A stretch of DNA of 64,000 bases from positions 64,001 through 128,000 of IMG/VR virus record IMGVR_UViG_3300046507_000639; one strand, given 5' to 3'. Positions 53,219 through 61,635 of the stretch are shown one piece after another. How positions within the stretch are numbered: position 1 is the stretch's first letter; every line of letters starts with the position of its first letter. The notes beneath the pieces were generated by a model. The model searched no databases. It was not told the DNA's origin and saw only the letters and a list, made by a program, of their open reading frames with translations. This DNA comes from a virus (Duplodnaviria > Heunggongvirae > Uroviricota > Caudoviricetes). The position numbers and the translations under genes were made by a program.

Positions 53219-53807
53219 CATTTTCACGAACATACTCCAGGACGCCGCGCGCAGCAACGTCAGCGCCGCCTCGAAGGGCGAGGAAGCGCGCAAGTGGTTC
53301 CGCAACAAGGCGATGGAGATCAAGAAGGCCGACACCAAGCGCATCCTCGCGAACTCGCAGGACCGCTACCGTCAGTCGATGGTGCCCGGCACGATGTACA
53401 TGTTCTACTACGACCCGAAGTACAAGAACGAGCTGCCGTTCTACGACCAGTTTCCTCTCATCTTCCCGCTCTCGGTCGAGAAGGACTCCATCCTGGGCAT
53501 CAACTTCCACTACCTCCAGCCGGTGCTCCGTGCTAAGCTCATGGACGCGCTGTACACCCACGTGACTAACGAGAAGCTGACCGACACCGCGAAGATGCAG
53601 ATATCGTACAAGATCCTCAAGGGCGCGAGCAACTTCAACCTCGTGAAGCCGACGATCAAGAGGTACCTGAAGACCCACGTGCGTTCTCGCTTCGTGAAAG
53701 TGTACCCCAACGAGTGGGACGTAGCAATAATGCTTCCGCTGCAGTCGTTCGTCAAGGCGACTCCGAACAAAGTGTGGGCCGAGTCACGCAAGATAGCAGG
53801 AGTCTGA
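53208..53807 (+). CDS. gp2: DNA end protector protein
   Basis: G.MY.F.YDPKYK..LP+YD.FPL+, G+NFHYL.P..R, KP.+K.YL..HVRS, W..A+.LP...F. Confidence 0.93.
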   Translation: MPSSIFTNILQDAARSNVSAASKGEEARKWFRNKAMEIKKADTKRILANSQDRYRQSMVPGTMYMFYYDPKYKNELPFYDQFPLIFPLSVEKDSILGINFHYLQPVLRAKLMDALYTHVTNEKLTDTAKMQISYKILKGASNFNLVKPTIKRYLKTHVRSRFVKVYPNEWDVAIMLPLQSFVKATPNKVWAESRKIAGV

Positions 53808-53808
53808 C

Positions 53809-54576
53809 GTGCCCTTCGACATCAACGAGCTGAGCTCAAACGTTAACCGGTACGGCGGACTCGCCCGACCCAACAGGTTCTCCCTGTTCATAGCCACGCC
53901 GCCCTGGTCTAACTCCCAGGACGAGAGCCGGCTGATCGAGGTCTTCTGTGACTCGGCGTCGCTGCCGGGCATCACGTTCGCGACGAACGAGGTGAAGAAC
54001 CTCGGCTACGGCCCGACCTTCAAGCTGCCCCACACTCCCATCTACACCGACATCGACGCCACCATCATGCTCGACAACGACGGCGTCATCCTGGGCTTCT
54101 TCCAGAAGTGGGTGCAGAACGTGATGAACGTGAACCCTGACGGCGCTCCCTCGACGTCAGGCTACAACGGCGCGAGGATGTACGCCGTGCAGTACCCGTC
54201 GAACTACGTCACGAACGTCTCGATCATCCTGTACGACGGCGAGGCTAACACCATCGTCATCTACACGCTCAACGAGGCCTACCCTCTGCGCATCGGTCAG
54301 CCGACCCTGGACTGGGCCGCGAACAACCAGGTGCTCAAGCTTCCCGTGACGTTCACGTACAGGACCTGGACCTCGACGCTCTTCGCGGCCAACGACCAGA
54401 CGCTCGAGGAGAGCCTGGCGACGTTCGACCCGTTCGCCTCCACGCTCTCGGGGTCGCTGTTCAACACGACGACTTACTCGTACATGTCGCTGGGACAGGC
54501 CCTCGCGTCCACCGCGATATCACTGATAAATAATGACGGCAACTACAGTCAGAACCTACTGAACATATTTAATTGA
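53809..54576 (+). CDS. gp54: Baseplate tail-tube initiator
   Basis: GGLARPNRF, C..ASLPG, FF..W, Y..+Y.L.EAYP..+...L.W, L.VTF.YR.W. Confidence 0.82.
   Translation: MPFDINELSSNVNRYGGLARPNRFSLFIATPPWSNSQDESRLIEVFCDSASLPGITFATNEVKNLGYGPTFKLPHTPIYTDIDATIMLDNDGVILGFFQKWVQNVMNVNPDGAPSTSGYNGARMYAVQYPSNYVTNVSIILYDGEANTIVIYTLNEAYPLRIGQPTLDWAANNQVLKLPVTFTYRTWTSTLFAANDQTLEESLATFDPFASTLSGSLFNTTTYSYMSLGQALASTAISLINNDGNYSQNLLNIFN
54525..54532 (+). promoter_or_regulatory. Embedded late promoter GATAAATA
   Basis: In the gp54 3' end, upstream of gp26. Confidence 0.6.
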
Positions 54577-54584
54577 GGACGTGA

Positions 54585-55295
54585 ATGACACTCCCTAAGA
54601 TACAGTCTCCCACCTTCCGGCTCAAGCTGGCGTCCGACGGCACCGAGGTCAAGTACCGCGGCTTCCTCGTGAAGGAGGAGAAGATGCTCCTCGTGGCGAA
54701 GGAGTCTGACGAGAAGAAAGACCTGATCGACGCTTTCAAGCAGATCGTCTCTAACTGCGTGGTGGGCGACATCAACGTGGACTCGCTCCCGCTGTTCGAC
54801 CTCGAGTACCTCTTCCTGATGATCAGGTCGAAGTCCCAGCAGAACATCGCCAAGGTGAAGTTCCGCGACGAGGAGGACGCCAAGGAGTACGACGCGATCT
54901 TCAACTTCGACAAGGTCGAGGTGAGGAGAGACCCGGAGCACGACAAGACGATCGACCTCGACGGCCGAGTCGGAGTCGTCATGAGGTACCCCACGATACG
55001 GGACCTCGAGGCGCTCAACCTGTTCGACGAGGCGACCGCGCTGAAGGGCGAGTCGGTCATCGAGCTGATCAAAAAGTGCATCGACGCGGTATACGACGAG
55101 GACTCGGTGCACCCGATGTCAGAGGCGACCGACGCCGAGAAGGACGAGTTCTTCGACTCGCTGTCGGGACACTACATCGAGAAGCTGCAGAAGTTCTTCT
55201 CGACGTTCCCGGTCGTGGTCGGCTACGTCGAGTACAAGAAGGGTAACAAGATCATCAGCCGAGAGATCAGGGGTGCCGCTAATTTTTTAGCGTGA
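54585..55295 (+). CDS. gp26: Baseplate hub subunit / assembly protein
   Basis: LPKI..P.+.L.L.S.G..VKYR.FLVKEEK.LL+A.ES, LP.FD+EY+FL.IR.KS, +.MRYP, IE..FF.T.P-like tail. Confidence 0.88.
   Translation: MTLPKIQSPTFRLKLASDGTEVKYRGFLVKEEKMLLVAKESDEKKDLIDAFKQIVSNCVVGDINVDSLPLFDLEYLFLMIRSKSQQNIAKVKFRDEEDAKEYDAIFNFDKVEVRRDPEHDKTIDLDGRVGVVMRYPTIRDLEALNLFDEATALKGESVIELIKKCIDAVYDEDSVHPMSEATDAEKDEFFDSLSGHYIEKLQKFFSTFPVVVGYVEYKKGNKIISREIRGAANFLA
55283..55289 (+). promoter_or_regulatory. Candidate -1 ribosomal frameshift heptamer U_UUU_UUA
   Basis: gp26 codons AAT TTT TTA GCG TGA; the -1 frame reads TTT TTT AGC GTG AGC CTC into gp51. Confidence 0.65.
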
Positions 55296-55468
55296 GCCTC
55301 GCGCACATAAGCCTGCCGAGCTACTACCAACTGAACTTCGTGCTGCACCGACACGACTACTCGACCGAGGAGGTCGAGAACTGGCTGCCCTACGAGAGAG
55401 ACATCTACGTGGGGCTGCTGCTACAACACCTAGAGAAGACGAAGAATGCTTCCAACGCCGGCGCCTAG
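55292..55468 (+). CDS. gp51: Baseplate hub assembly catalyst
   Basis: Absent from the ORF track. (M/V)SLAHISLPSYYQLNFVLHRHDYSTEEVENWLPYERDIYVGLLLQHLE matches the gp51 pattern L..YY..NF.L.....YS..E+EN..P+ER.IY+.LL. Confidence 0.85.
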   Translation: MSLAHISLPSYYQLNFVLHRHDYSTEEVENWLPYERDIYVGLLLQHLEKTKNASNAGA

Positions 55469-57179
55469 GCCGCCTGAGACCAGCGGTAAACAAGACGGCA
55501 CTGCCTCGTCGGCGACGGGCGGGGTGTTCGACTACATCTCGGTCATCACGTTCCAGGGCTACCTGACGCAGAGGCAGATCCTGCTCAACACCAACACCAT
55601 GGTGAAGCAGCTCGGGTCGCTCATCAACTTCTTTAAAGACAGCAGCGTGCGGGCGTCCCAGGACCAGGAGGAGCAGAACCTCGACAAGCCGAAGCCGACG
55701 TCGTCCAACAACGGTGACGGCCTCGTGGGCGCGATCAAGGACGGCATCGGGTTCATAACGGTCAAGGCCGCGGTGCTCGCGATCGCGACTGCCATCACCC
55801 TCCTCTCTGACGAGATACAGCACACCGTCCGCGAGACTGTGGCGTACCTCACGCTCGCACGTAAGCAGACCTTTGACGCCGTGAAGGCTCTCCCCGAGGT
55901 CATCGTCAGCACGGTAGAGTTCGCGGCCCTCACGGTCGGAAAGGTCATCGGCCTCGCGCTGAGGACCTTCGGCGTCACGACCGAAGGCTTCATCAAGGGC
56001 ATCGACTTCCTGCTCCACTCGGCCGTCACCGAGCCGTTCATCAAGGCCTTCACCACGATGTTCGAGATAGTCGGCGGCATAGCCAAGGCTGTGTTCAGCG
56101 TCGTGGACGTGTTCCTCCGGCCGATGCTGTCCCTCTTTGAGGGCATAGGTAAGCTCGGCCTCTCGGCCCTCGAGCTCGTGGCCAAGGGCGCCGGCAAGAT
56201 CTTCCTGCCTCTCCAGATCTTGCTCAGCGCCATCGACTTCATCAGCGGCTTCATCGAGGGCTACGAGCGCTCGGGCGTAGAAGAGGGCATCAAGACCGGC
56301 CTGGTCAAGGTGTTCGACGGCCTGTTCATCGCGGTCATCGACATCGCGAAGAAGTTCGTGGCGTGGGTGCTCGACTACATCGGCCTCGACAACCTCGCGA
56401 AGTCCCTCACGCGTGACGTAGACCTCATCATCGAGGACCTGCGCGGAGTATTCAAGTCCATCATCGAGGTGTTCGCGGGACTCGTGAAGTTCGACGGCAA
56501 GCAGGTCTGGGACGGCCTGAAGACCGGCTTCACCGACCTGCTCTCGCTCATAGTCCACAGCGTGACCGGCTCTATCAACCTCGTCGTCAACTTCTTCAAG
56601 GACGTGTTCGACCTCGGCGACGAGCCGTTCGACATCCTCAAGTCTGACTTCGTCAACTCCATCCTCGAGACCCTCAAGGAGTTCGCTAAGGGCGTCGTCG
56701 AGTGGCTGAAGGACTCCCTGCGCAGCGCCCTGACGAGCGTCGCGGGCGAGGGCATCGCCAACAAGGTCCTCGGCGCCAAGGAGGTGTCAGAAGAAGACGT
56801 CAACAAGAAGGCCGACCAGGTGGCGCGCGACCGCGTCACGTCGAGCATGAGCAACGTCGAGAAGTTCGCGGCCCAGCAGGACGACTACAAGCACCTCAAG
56901 TACGAGGTGACTCCCGACGACGTGGCCCAGGCTCGGAAGCAGCTCCAGGACTCGGGCTTCAAGGTCGACGACAACGTCAAGATCGACGACCAGCAGTTCT
57001 CAAAGATAGAGAAGATCCTGAACGACGCCAGCAAGGCCCCGCAGACCAGGGGCGGCGACGTGAACATCAGCAACACCCGCATAACGAACGGGGGCGGTGG
57101 TAGCCGCCCCGTGATAGTTCCGATACCGATGCAGGAGAAGGCGTCGCAGTCGAACCCGACCCGACGCAGCGGCAACTGA
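55446..57179 (+). CDS. Tape measure / tail-length determinator (gp29-like)
   Basis: 577 aa, long amphipathic A/G/F/L-rich helices, directly after gp26/gp51, with a C-terminal NN....N.....P-like tail. Confidence 0.7.
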   Translation: MLPTPAPRPPETSGKQDGTASSATGGVFDYISVITFQGYLTQRQILLNTNTMVKQLGSLINFFKDSSVRASQDQEEQNLDKPKPTSSNNGDGLVGAIKDGIGFITVKAAVLAIATAITLLSDEIQHTVRETVAYLTLARKQTFDAVKALPEVIVSTVEFAALTVGKVIGLALRTFGVTTEGFIKGIDFLLHSAVTEPFIKAFTTMFEIVGGIAKAVFSVVDVFLRPMLSLFEGIGKLGLSALELVAKGAGKIFLPLQILLSAIDFISGFIEGYERSGVEEGIKTGLVKVFDGLFIAVIDIAKKFVAWVLDYIGLDNLAKSLTRDVDLIIEDLRGVFKSIIEVFAGLVKFDGKQVWDGLKTGFTDLLSLIVHSVTGSINLVVNFFKDVFDLGDEPFDILKSDFVNSILETLKEFAKGVVEWLKDSLRSALTSVAGEGIANKVLGAKEVSEEDVNKKADQVARDRVTSSMSNVEKFAAQQDDYKHLKYEVTPDDVAQARKQLQDSGFKVDDNVKIDDQQFSKIEKILNDASKAPQTRGGDVNISNTRITNGGGGSRPVIVPIPMQEKASQSNPTRRSGN

Positions 57180-57368
57180 TCAGAGCTGCTTGACCCAGAC
57201 GCTGTCGCTTTCTTCTAGGACAGTGACGCCGTTGAGCTTGACCTTCGCCTCGACTCTCACGTAGCCGCCGTCTTCATATTTGTACTGCTCGGTGTCTGTC
57301 TTCAAGTCAAGGATCAAGTTCTCCTTGACCCACAGGAGGAGGCGAGCCTCGTCTTCAAACTGTATCAT
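57180..57368 (-). CDS. Hypothetical protein (62 aa)
   Basis: GAGGA SD. Confidence 0.55.
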   Translation of the reverse strand: MIQFEDEARLLLWVKENLILDLKTDTEQYKYEDGGYVRVEAKVKLNGVTVLEESDSVWVKQL

Positions 57369-57377
57369 TTCTCGTCC

Positions 57378-57614
57378 TCACTTAACGATCGTTACGACCG
57401 GTTCAGGCGTTTCTACCGTGAAGGAAGCCACGTGGACGTGGGTCTCACCGTTGACGTCGTACAGGTCGAAGTTGAAGTAGCCGGCCTTCGAGAGCGTCGC
57501 GGCCACCTTCGCAGCCTCGCTCTTGGCCCTGTCGAGGTCGTCCTGGAAGACGACGTGGTTGATGCGAGTTGTGATGACCGAGCCAGAAGCTACTAAGACG
57601 TACCCGATTTGCAT
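57378..57614 (-). CDS. Hypothetical protein (78 aa)
   Basis: AAAGGA SD; first ORF after the promoter at 57645-57673. Confidence 0.6.
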   Translation of the reverse strand: MQIGYVLVASGSVITTRINHVVFQDDLDRAKSEAAKVAATLSKAGYFNFDLYDVNGETHVHVASFTVETPEPVVTIVK

Positions 57615-57644
57615 GATGTGGTTCCTTTCCGATTTGATAATTTA

Positions 57645-57673
57645 AAGATATACCATCTCGGAGCAGATGTAAA
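57645..57673 (-). promoter_or_regulatory. sigma70-like early promoter
   Basis: TTTACA-N17-TATCTT. Confidence 0.65.
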
Positions 57674-57676
57674 CCA

Positions 57677-58105
57677 CTATTTTAGAGAAAGTGCATCCCA
57701 CAGCAACTTTCCGGTCTCGAGCCGGAACTGCGGGTCGTTGTAGTCCCTCGTGAGACCAGAGGGGTGGGGCAGCGTCGTGAAAGTGAAGTAGCCCATCGCC
57801 GACTTCCACTCACCGTCGGCGCGAGGGACTCCGAGGGCAGACGCGGTCTGTCGCCCGAAGATGATCACGCGTTTCCCGAACAGGGTCTCCCACACAGACA
57901 GACGGTTGGCCCGTGCTGCCTTGGCGTCCCAGTCCTTTCCGTAGTGCATGTTGTGTCGCTCGAACGCGTCGAGGAACTCCTCGCACGATATCTCCTCCAC
58001 CAGGTTCATCATCGAGAGGATGCGGCCGCCCGAGCAGGCGGCGTTGTCGGGATAGAACACCCGGTCGGGGTGCTCGTTGTTCATGCCGAGGAGGACGGGC
58101 TTCAT
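57677..58105 (-). CDS. Uracil-DNA glycosylase superfamily protein
   Basis: PVLLGMN...SGGRIL...VIIFGRQTASAL...LPHPSG..R.YN. Confidence 0.65.
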   Translation of the reverse strand: MKPVLLGMNNEHPDRVFYPDNAACSGGRILSMMNLVEEISCEEFLDAFERHNMHYGKDWDAKAARANRLSVWETLFGKRVIIFGRQTASALGVPRADGEWKSAMGYFTFTTLPHPSGLTRDYNDPQFRLETGKLLWDALSLK

Positions 58106-58299
58106 TCGTCACGGTACTCCCTTGCGCCGAGTATACGCGTCTTCGTGTGGTCGACGTCAAGCTCAGACCAGTCATACGCCTCGCCGTCCCTTGCTCGGGC
58201 GACGGCGTCCTTCTTAGAAGTAGCCATAACGAACGCGTCACGCACAATGTGAAGTTTTTCCTTGACGATGAAGACTCGCTGTTTCTTTTCCTGGCTCAT
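58102..58299 (-). CDS. Hypothetical protein (65 aa)
   Basis: ATGA couplings on both sides. Confidence 0.55.
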   Translation of the reverse strand: MSQEKKQRVFIVKEKLHIVRDAFVMATSKKDAVARARDGEAYDWSELDVDHTKTRILGAREYRDE

Positions 58300-58793
58300 G
58301 GCGTGTCCACCTCTATCTCCGTCACTCGGTACACGTCCGGCTCACCACGCCAGTTCTTGACCTCGTGACGCTTTTCTTCAGGCATGTCGTCGATGACGCT
58401 CACCGCGTAGACCGCTGCGGGCTCCTCGATCTTCTCGACCGTGAACGCCGCGAAGACCCGCCTCACGTCCTCGACCGCATCGCTCCACTTCCTCTTCTCT
58501 TCGTGGAACGCCGCGAGGGCTGCCCTGTCTCTCTGGTCGCCGCGGTACTTTGGCTTCTCGTGGTTCAGCTCGACGTAGGCGGACCAGAGTCGATCGTACT
58601 CTTCGGCGTTCTCTTCCTTGAGCCGCTGGGCCTCGTGGAACGTCGCGTATCCACGCCAGTTCTCTCGCAGGGCCTCTCGGCTCACCCGTTCCACGTACTC
58701 ATCGGCCTTCTCTCGGGTCGAGTAGACGCCCACGAACTCGTACGTCTGGTAGTAGTCTTCGATGCAGTTTTCTCTCTCTAGCAGGTACATCAT
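58296..58793 (-). CDS. Hypothetical protein (165 aa)
   Basis: Y+L.RE....Y....+.GVYST.EKA N-terminus and Y.+.E+EVD C-terminus, a common phage hypothetical pattern. Confidence 0.65.
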   Translation of the reverse strand: MMYLLERENCIEDYYQTYEFVGVYSTREKADEYVERVSREALRENWRGYATFHEAQRLKEENAEEYDRLWSAYVELNHEKPKYRGDQRDRAALAAFHEEKRKWSDAVEDVRRVFAAFTVEKIEEPAAVYAVSVIDDMPEEKRHEVKNWRGEPDVYRVTEIEVDTP

Positions 58794-58796
58794 CGC

Positions 58797-58958
58797 TCAC
58801 CAACCGTTCTTCATAGCGCACTCGGAGTAGTGTGCGTTGATCGGTCCGTCGATCGCCGCCCAGAAGCACTCGTCTGAAGCGAACGTCACGAACACCGCGG
58901 CCCAAAGGAGGCCCGCCGCGACGAACATGATGAACAGAAAGAGTCGGCTATAGATCAT
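58797..58958 (-). CDS. Small membrane-anchored protein with two Cys (53 aa)
   Basis: Absent from the ORF track. MIYSRLFLFIMFVAAGLLWAAVFVTFASDECFWAAIDGPINAHYSECAMKNGW, with a GAGGA SD. Confidence 0.6.
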   Translation of the reverse strand: MIYSRLFLFIMFVAAGLLWAAVFVTFASDECFWAAIDGPINAHYSECAMKNGW

Positions 58959-59002
58959 GATTTGTAATCCTCACCATATTCGTTGATTCCTTCAATAGAG
59001 AC

Positions 59003-59031
59003 AAGGTATCACCATCTTGAAGTTTTGTCAA
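59003..59031 (-). promoter_or_regulatory. sigma70-like early promoter
   Basis: TTGACA-N17-TACCTT. Confidence 0.65.
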
Positions 59032-59036
59032 CGCGT

Positions 59037-59342
59037 TTATGCGTCCTCGAGCACTTTCGTCTTCAGCAGCTTCGTGAACGCCGACGTGTCTAGCTTCTGG
59101 ACCTTCTTGAAGCGCGCCCAGTGGTAGCCTCCAGTCCGAACCGGCACTTCCTGTAACACTACCACGACGTGCTCTTCGGTGCGGCCGATGCGGTGGTAGA
59201 ACGCGGTCTTCGTGAAGACGTGCGACACCGTGTAGATACGACCGAGGGTGAGCATGCTGTCGAACACCACTCCGTCGGCGCCTTCCATGTAAGAGTCGAT
59301 GCAGACGACTTCGTCACCTACTACGAACGGGCACTCTATCAC
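59037..59342 (-). CDS. Hypothetical protein (101 aa)
   Basis: F.VGDEVVCID...G.+YTV SH3-like pattern. Confidence 0.6.
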   Translation of the reverse strand: MIECPFVVGDEVVCIDSYMEGADGVVFDSMLTLGRIYTVSHVFTKTAFYHRIGRTEEHVVVVLQEVPVRTGGYHWARFKKVQKLDTSAFTKLLKTKVLEDA

Positions 59343-59815
59343 CAGAAGACCTCCTTCAGTTTAGCCAGCGTGTCCTCGAACGAGGTGTGGACGATGCCGA
59401 CGCCGCCCATCTCTCGCCACGGGACGATGTTCTTCTCGAAGTCGTCGATCAGCACGTCGCCTCGCTGCTTCATGAAGAGGCACTTGTTCTTGCCTCCCAT
59501 GACGGGCAGCACGTGGAGCCGCTTCGAGATGTGGTTGTGCACCCAGTCACGCTTCTGGATAGCAGCCTTGAAGTAGTTCGTTCGCGGGCACGCCGTGAGG
59601 ATGATCGGCAGGCCTCCCCACGAGTCGTACAGCGTGTCGCAGAAGGTGAGCGCTCCGGGCAGAGGCGGGAGCGAGCCGAAGAAGTTCTCGTGGGCATCGA
59701 TCAGCCTCCACATCTCCTTGTCGGAGACGGAGTCGTGACGGAAGCCGAAGTGGCTCTCGAAGTAGCCCTCAAAGTCGGCCATGACACCGTCGAGGTCCAG
59801 GAATACGATGGGCAT
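59339..59815 (-). CDS. HAD-family 5'(3')-deoxyribonucleotidase (NT5C-like)
   Basis: FLDLDGVMADF, ILTA.P, K..WV, LIDD...N+..W...GG.GI.H. Confidence 0.85.
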   Translation of the reverse strand: MPIVFLDLDGVMADFEGYFESHFGFRHDSVSDKEMWRLIDAHENFFGSLPPLPGALTFCDTLYDSWGGLPIILTACPRTNYFKAAIQKRDWVHNHISKRLHVLPVMGGKNKCLFMKQRGDVLIDDFEKNIVPWREMGGVGIVHTSFEDTLAKLKEVFW

Positions 59816-59817
59816 AG

Positions 59818-60606
59818 TTATACTTTCATGTTCTCAATGGCTCCTACGAGCCGGTTCAGGTCTGCCGCGTAGAGTCCCGCGGCGTTGATGCAGTTGGTCT
59901 CGAGCAGGTGGAGGCCGAAGTCAGTGCGGCACACGTCGAGCACGTAGGCGGGCGAGTAGTAGGGGTTCACCTCGATCACGTGTCTCGCGAACTCCAGCGC
60001 GTCGTCGTCGATGTACGGCAGGTACATGACCTTCCCGCCCTGCTTGTAGAGTGAATAAGTAACGACTCGGTCTTCGACGACCCAGAGCCTCCACTCCTGA
60101 CGGACGTCAGAGACGGTCGAGAGGATCATCTCGGTGTCGTGACCGAGCGAACCGCGTATGAGCTCGTGTTCCTCGAGGGCCATCACGTTCTGGCACATCT
60201 CGACCACGTCGTTGTAAGTCATGACCGCTCCCGCGATCTCCTTGCTGTCCTGCAGGGGACGGATGAACATCGTGTGCGTGCCCACGCCAGGCTTCAGGCC
60301 GGCGAGTCTGCGGACCGTCATGACCGTAGAGTTGTGCGGCCCGTTGAGCAGCAGGTTGTCCCACACCTTCTCGTCGTAGAAAGGACGCAGCTCGAAGACA
60401 CCCGGTGTCAGGCCGTGCTTCCGCGCGTAGTAACGCAGGCTGTACGAGCCGAACATGACGACCTTCGACGGGTCTTCGATCACGGGCTCGGGGAGGAGCT
60501 CTCCCACGAACGGTATCACCTTATGGAAGGAGTGTAGGACGTCCTGACGCGTCAGCGTTTCGGCGAGCATCGAGGTGTCTTCGTAGTTCTGGAGTATCCA
60601 CTGCAT
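59818..60606 (-). CDS. ATP-grasp domain protein (DUF4343/R2K-like)
   Basis: FIRP..D.K...G, EWR.WVV...VVT.S.Y, AYVLDV, LLE.NC.N.AGLY. Start at ATG 60606 after the promoter. Confidence 0.72.
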   Translation of the reverse strand: MQWILQNYEDTSMLAETLTRQDVLHSFHKVIPFVGELLPEPVIEDPSKVVMFGSYSLRYYARKHGLTPGVFELRPFYDEKVWDNLLLNGPHNSTVMTVRRLAGLKPGVGTHTMFIRPLQDSKEIAGAVMTYNDVVEMCQNVMALEEHELIRGSLGHDTEMILSTVSDVRQEWRLWVVEDRVVTYSLYKQGGKVMYLPYIDDDALEFARHVIEVNPYYSPAYVLDVCRTDFGLHLLETNCINAAGLYAADLNRLVGAIENMKV

Positions 60607-60629
60607 TTTCAATTCCCTTTGATGGGTCC

Positions 60630-60657
60630 ATTCTATATCAGAGTCGAGAAATGTCAA
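60630..60657 (-). promoter_or_regulatory. sigma70-like early promoter
   Basis: TTGACA-N16-TAGAAT. Confidence 0.6.
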
Positions 60658-60660
60658 CCA

Positions 60661-60686
60661 AAGAAAAAGGGAGCCGAAGCTCCCTA
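60661..60686 (-). terminator. Intrinsic terminator after gp32
   Basis: AGGGAGC-TTCG-GCTCCCT-TTTTCTT, a C(UUCG)G tetraloop. Confidence 0.88.
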
Positions 60687-60689
60687 ATC

Positions 60690-61604
60690 TCAGTCGTCTG
60701 CCGCGAGTCGTTTGAAGAACTCGAGGTCTTCGTCGTCCCCGCCGCTGTTCCACGGCGCGTCGTCGGCCTTGGCAGCGGGTGCCGGCTTGGACTTGGACTC
60801 GGACCGCTCTTCGCGGGCCTGCTCGAACTTCTGCTCCTCGCGAGATGCCGCCGGCGCGTCGTTCAGTCCGAGGACCTTGTTGAGGCGCTTCTGCAGCTCG
60901 TCGTAGGACTTGAAGTTGGACGCGTCAAGGAACGCCTTGAGCGAGTGCTCCTGCTTCCAGATCGCCTCGAGCTTCTCGTCGTCGAACTTGCCGAGGACGC
61001 CCTTGGTGGCGAACTCAGACTTGTCGTAGTTCCGGTAGCCCTCGACCTGACGGATCTTGAGCTTGAAGTCGGCGCCTTCCCAGAGGTCGAACGGGTTGAT
61101 CGGGTCCTCGTCCTCGAACTTCGGGTTCATCACGTCCGTGACTTTCTCGAAGATCTTCTTGCCGTACTTCCACAGGAACACCTTGCCCTCGTTGGCGGGG
61201 TTGCCGGAGTCCTTCACGATGTACACGTTCGAGATGAAGTGCAGCCGGCGCTTCTGCTTGCGGGCGACGTCTTTGTTCGCCTCGACGCCGCTCTGCCACA
61301 GCTCGGAGTTGTACTTCGAGACGGGGTCGTCCTGGCCGATGGTGGTCAGCGAGTTCTCGATGTACCAGCCGCCCGGGCCCTGGAAGCCGTGGTCCCACGT
61401 GCGAATGAACGGCTCGTCTTCAGCGCCCGGTGCCGGCAGGAAGCGGAGCACAGCGTAGCCGTTGCCCTGTTCATCGACGGTCGGGGTCCAAAAGCGGTCG
61501 TCTTTTCGGGAGTTGTCGTTTCCGTTGGAGATCGAGGCGACCTTCGCGTTGAGGGCCTCGAGAGAAGAAGTGCGCGACTTCTTGAGTTGACTAAAGTCTA
61601 CCAT
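60690..61604 (-). CDS. gp32: Single-stranded DNA-binding protein
   Basis: DDRFW.P..D..GNGYAV+RFLPAP, H.FQGPGGWYIENSLTT, F+WKYGKKIF, FD.WEGA.FKLKIR.V.GY.NYDKSEF, acidic tail. Confidence 0.97.
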   Translation of the reverse strand: MVDFSQLKKSRTSSLEALNAKVASISNGNDNSRKDDRFWTPTVDEQGNGYAVLRFLPAPGAEDEPFIRTWDHGFQGPGGWYIENSLTTIGQDDPVSKYNSELWQSGVEANKDVARKQKRRLHFISNVYIVKDSGNPANEGKVFLWKYGKKIFEKVTDVMNPKFEDEDPINPFDLWEGADFKLKIRQVEGYRNYDKSEFATKGVLGKFDDEKLEAIWKQEHSLKAFLDASNFKSYDELQKRLNKVLGLNDAPAASREEQKFEQAREERSESKSKPAPAAKADDAPWNSGGDDEDLEFFKRLAADD

Positions 61605-61635
61605 TTGTATGCTCCGTGTAAATGTGTCTTGTGTA

